Both the position numbers and the translations under genes were made by a program. From positions 2,914,001 to 2,978,000 of the forward strand of contig CM035359.1 of the NCBI GenBank assembly GCA_020137815.1: a stretch of 64,000 nt of DNA, read 5' to 3'. The notes below the pieces were generated by a model that did no database searches, was not told the origin of the DNA, and saw only the letters and a program-made list of their open reading frames with translations. The number at the start of each line of letters is the position of its first letter. Positions within the stretch are counted from its first letter, which is position 1. The DNA comes from Hormiphora californensis (taxonomy: Eukaryota; Animalia; Ctenophora). Shown here piece after piece: positions 1 through 53,400 of the stretch.

Positions 1-571
1 TAAGGATATGCAGGAAGGTAAGAGAGTTGGGTGAGATTTTGACTTTTGGAGCGAGATTTTGACTTTTGGGGCGAGATTTGAGTTTTGGGGCTTGGGGTGA
101 GGTTTGGGCTTGGGGTGAGGGCTTGTTTTGGGAAATTTTTAGGGCTGGTCTAGACTCCCAATAATTGTCTAGCAGCCCCAACACCTTTCCTGTCCTCTGA
201 ATAGTACCACTTCAAGTTCCAACTTCCATTCACGTTCAAACTAGAAGTTCTAGTTCCCAATTTCATTCCCATAACCGGAAAAGGGATACAACAAAACATG
301 TTCACCCTCTTTATTCACCCTCTTTATTCACCCTCTTAATTCCTGTCTCAGATTCAGAATGTCGCTTCACAACCTCTGGCTGCACTTCTGTGGTAGTGAT
401 GACACGAAATAACCAGATCTACTGTGCTAATTGTGGTGATTCAAGGGCTGTGTTGAGTGAAAGAGGTCAAGCTATCCCGCTATCTTTCGATCATAAACCG
501 GGAAATGAGGGTAGGTAGTAGAACTTTTCGGTGGCTCTATCTATCTATCTATATATCTCTATCTTTCTCTT

Positions 572-653
<82 letters not shown>

Positions 654-660
654 GTCTGTC

Positions 661-726
<66 letters not shown>

Positions 727-2252
727 TCTATCTCTCTCCCCCATTCTTCTACACACTACTATCCCTACGCTTATTGCACCACAGTTTCAATCAAATCGCG
801 ACTCAATAACCTCTCCCCTGCAGAAGAACTATCGCGAATCAAAGCAGCCGGGGGTTTCGTTGAATTTAACAGAGTCAATGGTACACTAGCTCTCTCCCGG
901 GCACTGGGTGATTTCGAGTTCAAACGTGGTAACCTGGCTCCTAAAGACCAAATGGTGACAGGTAAATTATTTAATTTGATAATTATTTTTTAATAATTTA
1001 TTTAATATTTCTTATCATTGATTGCATATACTATTAGAAAAGACCAAGATGAGGGGAGAAGTCGGTATCCGAGGTTCCTAAGATGTTTTTATTAAACAAA
1101 CACAAGCAAACAAACAAATCAAGTTCCGAGTCTGAACAGCGCAAGGGTCGAACGAGTAAATTTTGAACTCAAATATATCCGTTTGGCGTGTTTGGTTGGA
1201 GGGCGCGGTGAGTGGCGCGCATGGAAAGTACACCAAATACAGCGCGCTGTGTTATGGGGCACTGTTGGTGGGATGTGAATTGTCCCTGGAGCAAAGCGGT
1301 GTGGGTGGGGCCCCTGAGAGAGGTGTGTCATGTGGGAGCCGTGAGAAGGATAAAGGAGGAGAGATAGTGTGAGAATCGATGATACCTTGTTGCTACTCAA
1401 CAAATGATACCACCCTTTCTCTCCGCAGCGGTGCCGGAAGTGACAGTAACACCGATGAACGAAAACCAAGAATTCATTGTGCTAGCGTGTGATGGTATTT
1501 GGGATGTTCTGACAAGGCAAGAGGTGGTCGATTTCATCAGACCTAAGTTGGCCGAGGGCCAAAATCCTAGCAGGGTAAGAATTGAGCTTTCGTTTTACTA
1601 GATTTTGCCTAAACTTGACCCTAAAATTAGCCATGTCTTATCTCTAGTTGTAAATTTTCCAGGACCGGTTTGATTCATTTTTCATGACCCTCTCCGCAGA
1701 TATGTGAAGCGATATTGACGCGTTGTTTGGCCCCTAGTACAGCTGTCGGAGGGCTAGGATGTGATAATATGACCATAACTTTAGTTTCTCTTATGCAGGT
1801 AAGCATCAATTAATTAATTAATTTATTTATTTATTAATTAATAACATTGGCTAGCTAAATTCGGATTTTTTGAAACTGTCACCCCCTTAGAGTTTTCAAA
1901 TTTCTTTAAATGACCATAAGTCCGGTTCCTGATGAGATAGAGACTTGAAATTTGGAAGTTACGAAGATCTTGCTAAGTTCTTCCGAACCTCCAAATTTCA
2001 AGTCTCTATCTTATCAGGAACCGGAGATATGACAAATTTTTTATTTCAGGGGGGTGACAGTTTCAAAAAATCTGAGTATAACCCCTTGTTATGTTCCCAA
2101 CGCGGTGAGAATCAGATGGGGTCTAGCAAATAACCCCTATCTCGTTGCCAAGTAACACTCTGTCTCAACAACTTACTAACCCCCATCTCCTCCTTCAGGA
2201 TCAAGGCTGGGGCCGTCTAGTGGAGAAATGTAATCGACCCCTCGACTCATAG
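1..2252 (+). CDS. Protein phosphatase 2C (PPM family, Ptc2/3-like), 5'-truncated by the window edge; exons ~1-17, 352-510, 824-961, 1429-1574, 1700-1798, 2199-2252
   Basis: Spliced translation gives the PP2C motifs [56 protein letters not shown] and GCDNMT. GT-AG boundaries keep frame; TAG at 2250-2252. Confidence 0.93.
1862..2073. mobile_element. MITE with ~22-bp TIR (gattttttgaaactgtcacccc) in a PP2C intron; related copy at ~44492-44738
   Basis: Inverted termini visible at both loci; internal inverted segments. Confidence 0.6.
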
Positions 2253-2660
2253 CAGTCTTCAGTCATCACACAAGTCACTGCACCGGGGAGAGAGAGGATT
2301 GAAGGACAGAGTGTGAGAGAGTGTGTGGAACTTAGTAGGAAGAGAGAGAGAGTGAGAGTGAAAGAAAGGGTTTTGAAACTGGACGATTGTTTAGGGTTGT
2401 GTAAGATTTATTGTTACTCAACAACAACATTAGAGAGAGATCATGTATGTTAAACTATTAGGGAAATGTATTCAGTGATTACCATGTAAATAAGAGACAG
2501 AGAGAGCTACACCAATATGTATAAGTGAAATTGATTTTAAGAAAGTTCCCCCCTGTTGAGAGAAAAGATTGAGAACAGAAATTCGGTGGGCAACTGTCAG
2601 ACCAATGCTCTGACCGCGGTTCTCGTTATTTGAAAGAAATGAGAATAGGGTCAGGCCAAT

Positions 2661-4804
2661 ATATGGTCATTTTTTTTTTAACTTGTGCAAATTTTTTTCC
2701 GAATATGACATAAGTTCAGTTTTTTCGACTTTTATCATAGTTTTTGTCAAAAAATATTATTTTCCAACAAATATTATGTGTAAAAGTGTATAGGGAATAG
2801 ATTTACAGGCAAAATAAATTCAATAAGGTGATTTAACTCAAATTTTAGCCTCAACCACAAAAAAATTTGTTACAAAGGATTTCCACCTCAAATGTACTCC
2901 TAAGGGTCCCCTCTATCGATTCCAACCAATGTTCATATTTGTTCAGGGGTGCTAAGGCCTCATTTCCGGGTGGGCGTGGTACCTGTATTTTCAGCCTGAG
3001 GCCAAAACCATAAGTACCCTTAAAATAGGAGTAGAGATTAAAATCGAGGGCACTAGAGTGATCAGCGTCATCGCATTAGTGGGGGTAGGTGCTGGAATTA
3101 AGTCTCTATCTCATCTGGTTAATTAGATAATTGGATAATTAGTTTTGCGCATAACCGTTTTTTGGCTATATGGCTATAGCCACTTAGGAATGGTTTAGAG
3201 ACTTTTCATTGGTGCCATTTTGTAGGCAAAGCGAATTTATGGGGGGGTCGAAGTCGGACTTTTAAGCTCTATCTTCAACCGTTTAGCCGTTATTTAGCTT
3301 TAACGGTGTTCAAAATCGGGGATTTTACCGTATTTTGCTCATTTGGAGAATCTTAAAAGCCAAATAACGGCTAAACGGTTGAAGATAGAGCTTAAAAGTC
3401 CGACGTCGACCCCCCATAAATTCGCTTTGCCTACAAAATGGCACCAATGAAAAGTCTCTAAACCATTCCTAAGTGGATATAGCCATATAGCCAAAAAACG
3501 GTTATGCGCAAAACTAATTATCCAATTATCTAATTAACCAGATGAGATAGAGACTTAATTCCAGCACCTACCCCCACTAATGCGATGACGCTGATCACTC
3601 TAGTGCCCTCGATTTTATCTCTACTCCTATTTTAAGGGTACTTATGGTTTTGGCCTCAGGCTGAAAATACAGGTACCACGCCCACCCGGAAATGAGGCCT
3701 TAGCACCCCTGAACAAATATGAACATTGGTTGGAATCGATAGAGGGGACCCTTAGGAGTACATTTGAGGTGGAAATCCTTTGTAACAAATTTTTTTGTGG
3801 TGTTCCTGACTTATCACCTTACTAATTAAAAACTCATTTCGTGAGGTGCAGGTGACCATGTTTGCAAAAGCGTGTGCCATTCCGTCAAATTTTAATATTT
3901 TTTCCTGAAATTTTCGAAAATATGCTGAAAAATGTCCAATATAAACACCTTTAAAATATGTAAGCAAACTTACTCAATCTATGAGGTGCAAACGGTGTTT
4001 TAAGTTACACTGTATGTTTACAGCTACTTTTAAGCCCGTAGCACCTCACGTTTCACGACTTTTCCTAGCTAGATACTTGCAGTAGCCTCAAAACCATCAT
4101 TTGTACCAAAAAAGTTCCAAAAATTTTGCTCAATGAGTGCATGAGGTGCACCCAAAAAACGGTATTTTCTTCAAATGCTAATTGCACCTCACTCTATGAG
4201 TATAAAGTTCTAAAAGTGGCCTTAATTTGCTCATATGACATCCCCAAACACTAACTAATCGATTCCAAGGTCAGTACTCAACCTGTGAGGTGCCCTGGAG
4301 AAGTAGGTAAAATATGTCATTTTTTGAGGGTCTGCACCTCACTCGCTGAGTAATTTTTAGAGCAAATTTTTGGTAAATCAGGAGGGAAATTGTCTAATCT
4401 TGCTTTATGCCAAGTTTAAATTCTTTATTTACTCATTTGACCCCTAATGAGTAAACTTTTAGCTCTAAAATCGGCTTGCACCTCACCAAATGAGTAGATT
4501 TTTTCATGGTTTTCACCTCATCTGATGAGTGAGAAATATTCCCACCATTTCTGAAAGTTTGGAGATTTTTGATCAAACGGTATTTCTACAAATCGGGGGC
4601 ACCTCACGATAGCACCTCACGGCGTAGAAATGATATAGCACCTCACTGGAGTAAGCTAGAGACTTCGTTCTTTCACTAAATTGAACTTTCGATATTTCTC
4701 GATTTTTTGAGGTGCTGAGTAAATTTCCAGTGGCCACAGCTATTTTGCTATGATCATTTGAAAAAATTTGGTAGTTGCACAAGTTAAAAAAAAAATGACC
4801 ATAT
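2661..4804. mobile_element. Non-autonomous DNA element with ~30-bp TIR (atatggtcattttttttttaacttgtgcaa), containing a nested foldback element
   Basis: TIR at 2661 and inverted ending at 4804. The flanks rejoin to ggtcaggccaat|gctctgac, a motif seen uninterrupted near 10774. Confidence 0.6.
2856..3800. repeat. Foldback element: ~440-bp near-perfect inverted arms with a short spacer
   Basis: 2856-~3300 is the reverse complement of ~3355-3800. Shares internal sequence with 8976-10141. Confidence 0.85.
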
Positions 4805-5465
4805 GCTCTGACAGGTGGGTAGGGTCTTGCACTTGCAGCTGGTGGCACCGATATTGATCATGATGCGTGTTCAGATCGGTTCGGCGCCGCCGGCCAAGCT
4901 TCAAGATCAGGAATGCTCTTGCCACAGTTCTCGCGAGAAGAGAGTGGCCAGGCAGATCGCCCTGAAAGCCCAGTCCGAATCCCGATATATATTTGTGTGT
5001 TTTGAGAGTGTGTCCAGTGAGTGTAACCCCTTCCAATCAATTTGACGAGTTTTAATTTGCAATACATGATTCGGTGGTATTTCGATTGAGTCCCCCCAGT
5101 TTCTTTTGGACAATGATTCAATTCCGGTTTGTGGTTGATAACTCACCACAAATAAATGATTATTTAGGATTTAGGAAACAAACCAGAACACAAATTGTCC
5201 GTTCTCTTCTGACTGGCTAAATCGAAATACCACCGAATGTTATTCATTGAAGGAGACTGTATTTTTGGGGGGAAGATTATGAAGGGCCACAAAACTCATA
5301 ACATCATTAATTTCCCAATTGCAGTACTGTCCTAACAGTACCACATCCTCTCACTGAGAGTTCATCTCTCATTATATACCGACCCACAGAATATATATGG
5401 GACACCCTGTAGTTACAAAAATCATCCCTTGTAGGATCACATCACAAAATCAGTCTCTCATTATA

Positions 5466-7369
<1,904 letters not shown>

Positions 7370-8202
7370 TGCTAGATGGAATTATTAGGGTCTTTTAGTC
7401 ATTAGGGACTGTGTTATTGGAGGATCGGGAAAGTGGGGATAAACAATTCATGATTAGTCGTTAGGATCGGGGGTCTGATCTGGGAAAGTACTACCGGAAG
7501 TGATGGGATATAAAAAACAGACAGCTGATGATAATTGTAAAATATAAAGTGGTATAACATTTTGGTAATCCAGTAGAAATAGCGAGCCGCATCATGTAGC
7601 CATAAATAGAGTAACTAATAACTTATTATTATTATAATTGTTGTGCGTTTAATAATTTAGTTAAAAATGATAAAAATTTAAAACGGAAGAACACGAGTTA
7701 AAAAAGGAGACGACCACACGCAGATCACACACACACACCGTGTAGTAAAGACAAAATATTTTAAGGTTTCCTAGCTGATATTTTTCCTAAAATCCGGAGC
7801 TACTGATGCTTGCACTGACCACTTCTTGCTATGCTACACGCTCAGAAGAGCTCAGATCTCAGAAGTTATCGAAGTGGCCAGGCATCTGATTCAGCGGAGC
7901 TTCGGGAGTAATAAATAGTAATTATGGAATATTTCTGTAGTTTATTTACAAATAAAAGCAATGGAGGAGAAATGGGACAGGATTTTCAGAACTCTGGAAT
8001 TCCAATTCCAACTCCCCCACTCGCAACATGATTAACTACGCTTTGTAAGATCTAATCTGAATAATATATCCTACGATATGCTTTGTAGAACTATATCTAG
8101 CCTGTCTTGATTGTGGGAGAATCTCCCCACACAAGAGTCTCCCCGGGAGACTCAACCAGTCCCTTCTTAGGACTTCTGAATGTACTAATACAATATATCA
8201 GT

Positions 8203-8311
8203 CAGGAACCGACCGAATCAGGAAATACTGGTCCCTGATTGGCTAATAACCAGTCACGTGACCTAAATAACGAGTTCTGATTGGTTTTTTACTTGTTTCG
8301 GTCGGTTCCTG
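8203..8311. mobile_element. 109-bp hAT-like MITE (TIR caggaaccgaccg); copies at 25007-25115, 29475-29583, 40433-40541 and a partial copy at 27121-27214
   Basis: Near-identical 109-bp units. 8-bp TSDs are gtaggtat (25007), caccccag (29475) and attatcct/actatcct (40433); a 10-bp flank duplication occurs at 8203. An 8-bp TSD with CAG termini fits the hAT superfamily. Confidence 0.85.
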
Positions 8312-8360
8312 ATATATCAGTTCATGATTGACTAGCCCAGACTGTGAGAAAGAGAGAGTA

Positions 8361-47669
<39,309 letters not shown>

Positions 47670-48107
47670 TGTCACCAACTTGTTTCATTCTATAGTTCAA
47701 AGCGATGGGATATCGGGGGAGAACTTATATTGGGAATAGCAGGGAAGTGATTTGTAGTTAATCGGGGTTTGGATATTATTAGGTATGCTATTGGTTGGAC
47801 TCAATTAAAACTCATTAGATTTTAAACAAACAGAAAGAATAAAACACTTGTTAAGACATGCTGTCTTATTATATTATATACATTGAGACACATTCGTGCA
47901 ACATTTAGATATAGTCAGCGGCATTTTAATATATATTTAGAAAAGTGTTTATCATATGTGGGAGGGTTAGGTTACTCCTAAAAAAGGAGACAGGAGAAGA
48001 TTGTATATATATATCCATGTAAAATGCAACAAATAAGCAATGTGAATAAATTAATATAGTCCGTTAGTGAGGGGGGTCAGGTACAAATCACACAATTCGT
48101 CATCCTG

Positions 48108-48429
48108 TCACTCTTCATTGACCCTGAGGGAAAATGTGTGTCGGTAAATTCACAATCGGAAACATAAAAATTTGCCCTCCTACTTCCTAACTGGACTGAG
48201 CTGTGAAATAGCTACAATTTATGAAATGTATGTCAAAAAGAGAGATGAAAAAAGAGAGGGGATGAAATTACCATTGTTTTGCCTGGAACTGCTGAACTAA
48301 GAATTCGATAATTTCATATCCCACCCGCCTCGCATAATCGTTTCCCCTCTCCTTAGCAATGTTTCTCAGCAGTGTCTCCACTTGGTGACCTATCAACGCA
48401 GCGACGTTTTCATTCCGGAGCTCATCCAT
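48108..48429 (-). CDS. Possible small two-exon ORF (MDELRNENVAALIGHQVETLLRNIAKERG...QAKQW/VNEE*)
   Basis: Acceptor ttgttag precedes ATG at 48429; gtaatt donor at ~48271; phase-compatible last exon. No family recognised. Confidence 0.35.
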
Positions 48430-48470
48430 CTAACAAATATAGTTGATACGGTCTAACAAATAAATAAATA

Positions 48471-49119
48471 CTAGTAAACCCGTTCGCCCTACGGGCGAAT
48501 CTCGGGGAACTGGTATTGGTAGCTGGATTAGGGAACACTGACATCATCAGTCTAACTAATGACATGCACTATCCCATCTTAAGTTACGGTACCGTAGAAG
48601 AAGCTCAGGCGGGATCGCTGCGAGTTTCTGGTTTCAGAACGTCAGATGATGATCAGGCGATCAAAGTTATAAAAGAACTTGCTTTTTCGTCTGTTTGCAG
48701 TATTCATCTGCCTTTTAAATCTCCGAGATTAATCATCGGTACTGTTTAACCTCTAACGTCTTGTTCATTCTCTCTGCACTTCTTTTGGTGTTGCTGCATT
48801 TAAACCCCTCAGTGTATGGAAAAGTAGAGAATGGCGGTGAGATCTTGCGTGAATAACTCCAATTGTCGCTGTCGTATATCAACAGTTGTTGAAGTCTGAA
48901 GAGAGCATATTAGCTGGAACAGTGCAGTGACACAAACTAAAGCAAGATCAAATGCACGTGCACGTGCAGATAGTAGCAACAGCCATTGGCAACGGCTTCG
49001 ACCCCTGGCCCCACTCCAATAGTACTCCACATTCCACCTCTAAACCTGCACGTGCTAAATGCCATATAAGGTAAAAAACGTCACACAGGATTTCCCTATT
49101 TGCTTTAATAATAGTATGA
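48471..49119 (-). mobile_element. Non-autonomous Helitron (~650 bp)
   Basis: On the minus strand it reads A|TCatactattattaaagc ... ttcgcccgtagggcgaa hairpin ... CTAG|T, with no TSD; these are the Helitron terminal hallmarks. Confidence 0.75.
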
Positions 49120-49915
49120 TAGTTGATAGGTAAACTTTATCCAGTGCACACTTGCCACTACCCAATATTAACCTCAAGTATCGATCAGAGGGCAGAGTTC
49201 CCAGAACTGTCGACTCTCTTGAGCTCGCAAATAGGGATCACTTTGAATTTCAAACACATGAAACTAAGCTACATTTCAGTAAAATTGCATGACATCCTGT
49301 AGTTTTAGGGCCCATAATTGTTTTGTATCTCGCTAGCAACGGTCTACACAGACAATGCTTAGACCCCCCAGAACCCGCAGCGGAGTCCCCGGCCTCCACT
49401 GAAACAGGTTTCGCCCACCAAAGTTTAATCTCATTTTGAACGACTCGACGGGTCTGTACTCTGGTCTCATCCGAGAGACTAAAGCAGAAGCCTGTTCACT
49501 GTTGGTACTTGGTTGTTGCAAAAAGAACACGGGGACTTCGGGAAAATTTTTTTAAATTTTTTAAATTCATTAACCCCAACACCGATTGGCATCACTTTCC
49601 AACAGCCGAAGAGAAGCTGCCGAAGAGAGAAAGGGGGTAACCGTATGAAGAGTTAATCGCGATGAGTCTCATTCACATTGGGTTCGATCATTTGCCCCCG
49701 GTGTTGGGGTTAGTAATAAATAAATCTTAAAATCACTCACTCAAATAAACAATAAATATTACAAATAAAATCTCACACACGAATCACGATTTAGATGTTG
49801 AAGTCTATATTTCCTAATCCCGTTGCCCGTTGGGGTGTATTTAACACGGCATCCTCTTCGGGAAAAAAAATCTTTGTTTTTCGTTCTGAAAAAAAAAATC
49901 CTGGAAATCTTTTCT

Positions 49916-50332
49916 AAAGTCCGTTTCAAGCGACTTGAGCCGAAATTCTTGGAATTTGGCGCATAGGGATCCCTAAAAAAGTTCAGTATTTACACAGAGT
50001 TTACACAGTCTTTACTCAGTCGTTACACCCAGAGCGGCGCGTGCTGCGCACAGTGGCTTTTTCCAAGAAAATATTGGATTGTGTGCTGCACAATTGACAA
50101 AATTGAGCGCTGCGGCGAAAAAAGTTTCCGAAAACGCTGCAAATCGAGTGCGAAAGACGCAGTCGTTACACCCAGAGCGGCGCGGGCGCTCTGGGTGTAA
50201 CGACTGAGTAAAGACTGTGTAAACTCTGTGTAAATACTGAACTTTTTTAGGGATCCCTATTGCGCGTGTATTTACAAAGGGGAAATCCTGAATTTCCAGG
50301 AATCTCAGGTCAAGTCGTTTGAAACGCACTTT
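49916..50332. repeat. Inverted-repeat (foldback/MITE-like) element
   Basis: ~70-bp near-perfect arms (tagggatccctaaaaaagttcag...) with degenerate outer extensions. Confidence 0.7.
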
Positions 50333-50464
50333 AAAAAAAGGTGCGCGTCGGGAATGCAGCAGTGTTGAAAAATATATCCGCGCGTTACGTTAATTTTGAA
50401 ATGCCGCGCCGTGCAAGAAGAGCAAATTTAATCGTTTTGTTCTTTAAAAATTTGTTTCTCCCTT

Positions 50465-53400
50465 TTTTTTAAAGTGTGACCTCGCTTCGTTTCGTTTCGT
50501 TTCGTTTTTGTTGACTCTCTGGCCATCGATAGGCCAGAGAGGGTTCCGGCAGTTAAGATCAACACGATCTACAATTTACATTTCTTTTTCTAGTTGAGTG
50601 CACTCAACCAAACGATATCCTGGACTTAAATATCAATAATACCCAACAAGTTGAGAATTCTCAACAAACCCCACCACCCAAATCACATGATCACGCGATC
50701 CAAATCCAAGGCACGCCTCTCACCAGTAGCCCTTCGGTTGTCATCACCTCTCCACCGACCGTTCCACCCACAATCTCACCTCAGTTCGTTTGTCGTATCC
50801 CCTACATCTGACGACTCTCTATCCACTGAAGGCTCGGTTTCAGACGGTGGCAATGATTATGCTACTCCCAACACCAGCATCACAAATGGAATACCCCTTT
50901 CAAACTCAACGCCTATAAGCAGATTGATAAATGAGTCGAGGTGGTTTACAGAAGATAAGTGTGGCCAATGCTTTGAAACGCTTCCGTCCTATGAGAATGC
51001 TAAATGTGAAGCCTGTCATGAACCTTTTCACCAGACCTGTATGACAGCTCTCAATCAATCCGAACAAATGGTTCATACTCCTGTCATCTGGTTCTGTACT
51101 CCCTGCTACAACATCAATGGTTTGAATTGGGTAGTTACTGAGCCAGGCGAAGCAGAGTGTTGGGGCGAGTTAAATGGGATTGAACTTGTTGAAGCCTTTT
51201 CAAATGTGTCTAAGATAAGTCGTGATTGGGCACCAAACTTGTTTAATGTTCCATTCGGCCATGTAGGTCGATCTTTCATAGAGGAACTTACCAGATTGGC
51301 GAATCTGTTTTGCGACAGAGAGGATTCACGGTGCTGGGCCCTGTCAGCTTTAGTTCTTGCACCTCTCCTATTGCTACAGAAACCCTCGAAAAAATCCAAG
51401 AACAAACAACACGCTGCAATACTGAAGAGGAGGTTGGAACTGTGGAAAGAAGGGGACTTCGAAGCATTAGTTCGGGAAGCCAAAGCGATCCAGAAACCCC
51501 TGAAATACAATGCACCATCTCAAGAATATAGCAACAAGAAATTCGTTGACCTTATGAGAGAGGGTAGGATTACTGAAGCAACTTCCTGGTTAAACCCCGA
51601 ACGGCACTCCTCTGGTGTGAAGAAGTTAGACGAGGAGGTCCTGGCAGACTTGGTGAAGAAGCACCCCAAGTCCAGGTCTGCGAATAGTACCTTTGCCAGA
51701 CATGGTCCAGTGGAAGAACCTATTGGCGTCACTTTTGAGAAACTGACAGGGGACACTATCTACGAATGTGCAAGAAGTTTGAAAGGTAGTGGTGGACCCA
51801 GTGGACTAGATGCGACAGGAATTTACAGAATTTTGTGTTCACGTAAATTCAGGAACGCCGTTCCAGCCCTCTGTACGGCCCTTGCCAAGATTGCACGTAC
51901 ACTGTCAACAAACAAAGTGGACCTTAAATCATTAGATGTTTTCTGTGCTAGTCGCCTCATTCCCATGTCCAAACCAGGAGGCGGAACACGACCCATTGGC
52001 ATTGGAGAGTGCTTTCGACGGGTCCTCACCAAAGCTGTTGTACGAACGATTAAGAGCAGCATCAAGGAAGCAGCCGGACGAGTCCAGCTTGCTGCCGGCC
52101 AGATCGGTGGAGTGGAAGCAGCAATCCATTCTCTAAGAGAAAAGTTTGAGGCTGATGATTGTGAAGGAATCATTTTACTAGATGCTGAAAATGCCTTCAA
52201 TAATCTCAACAGGACTATGGCAATGAACAACACCAAGTTTTACTGTCCTGATTTCAGTACATTTTTGGTCAACATGTACGGAAAACCTCGACACCTGTAT
52301 GTGGGTGAGACAATCCTACTGAGCGCCGAAGGAACGACCCAGGGAGACCCAGCGGCGATGGACCTATATTCAATCGGAATCCTGAGGTTAATCGAGTTGG
52401 CAGAGTCTCCGGAAATAGTTCAGGTGTGGTACGCTGATGATGGGAACGCATCAGGAGGTTTAACTGGGCTACTTGCATGGTACAACAAAGTAGTATCTTT
52501 TGGACCCAGTTTTGGGTACTTTGTCAACCCTTCCAAAAGTGTACTGATAGTAAAACCCCAGTTCCTGGAGACAGCTAAGAGCATGTTCGGAGACACAGGG
52601 ATGCAAATAACAGCAGATGGGGCAAGACATCTGGGAGCAACCATTGGTTCAGAATGTTTCAAAAACACGTTTGTTTCCAACGCAGTGTCTACCTGGCGTG
52701 AAGAGCTCAAGAACTTAGTAGTTATTGCGAAGACCCATCCCCACCTTGCATACAGCAATTTTACGAGAAGTTTCAAGTTCAAGTGGGGCTTCATGCAGAG
52801 GACCATACCAGATGTAGCAGACCTCTTTCAGCCGCTAGAGGATCTCATTCGATCCGAACTGATCCCCTGTTTCGCTGGTAGACAGGTGTCTGATTTGGAG
52901 CGAGAAATGTTTGCACTTCCGACTAACCTTGGCGGAATGGGGATTGACAATCCTGTGCTCACCAGCGACAGGGCCTTTGCCAACTCATGTTTGTTAACCA
53001 AGCCACTGGTTGATGCTATTCTGGTATCACAGGAGATTGATATGGACATGTCCAAAGTTGACAAACTGGCTAGGGATGCTCGTGTTGAGATCGCTAAATC
53101 AAATGAGGGCCACAACTCTGAATCTCTTAAGAAGTTGCTGACCAGGATATCATGCCCGAAACTAGTGAGATGTCTTGACCTTGCAGGAGAATCTGGTGCA
53201 TCTGGATGGCTTACGACCAGGCCTTACCCCCATTTGGGCTTTGAGCTTAACCAGTTAGAATTTGTTGACTCAATAGCTCTACGATATGGATTTGAAGCGA
53301 AAGATCTAGGCTCAACATGTGCTTGTGGTAAGCCTAATGATACCGATCACACCATGTCATGTGCTAAGGGCGGTTATACAATTCTCAGACACGATAATAT

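Noticed and set aside
49720-49790. Possible spliced-leader exon as the target of the CRE-like element
   Set aside because: Only a TTTGAG hexamer resembles the ctenophore SL end as I recall it; no convincing SL RNA structure, and it is ~700 bp from the insertion.
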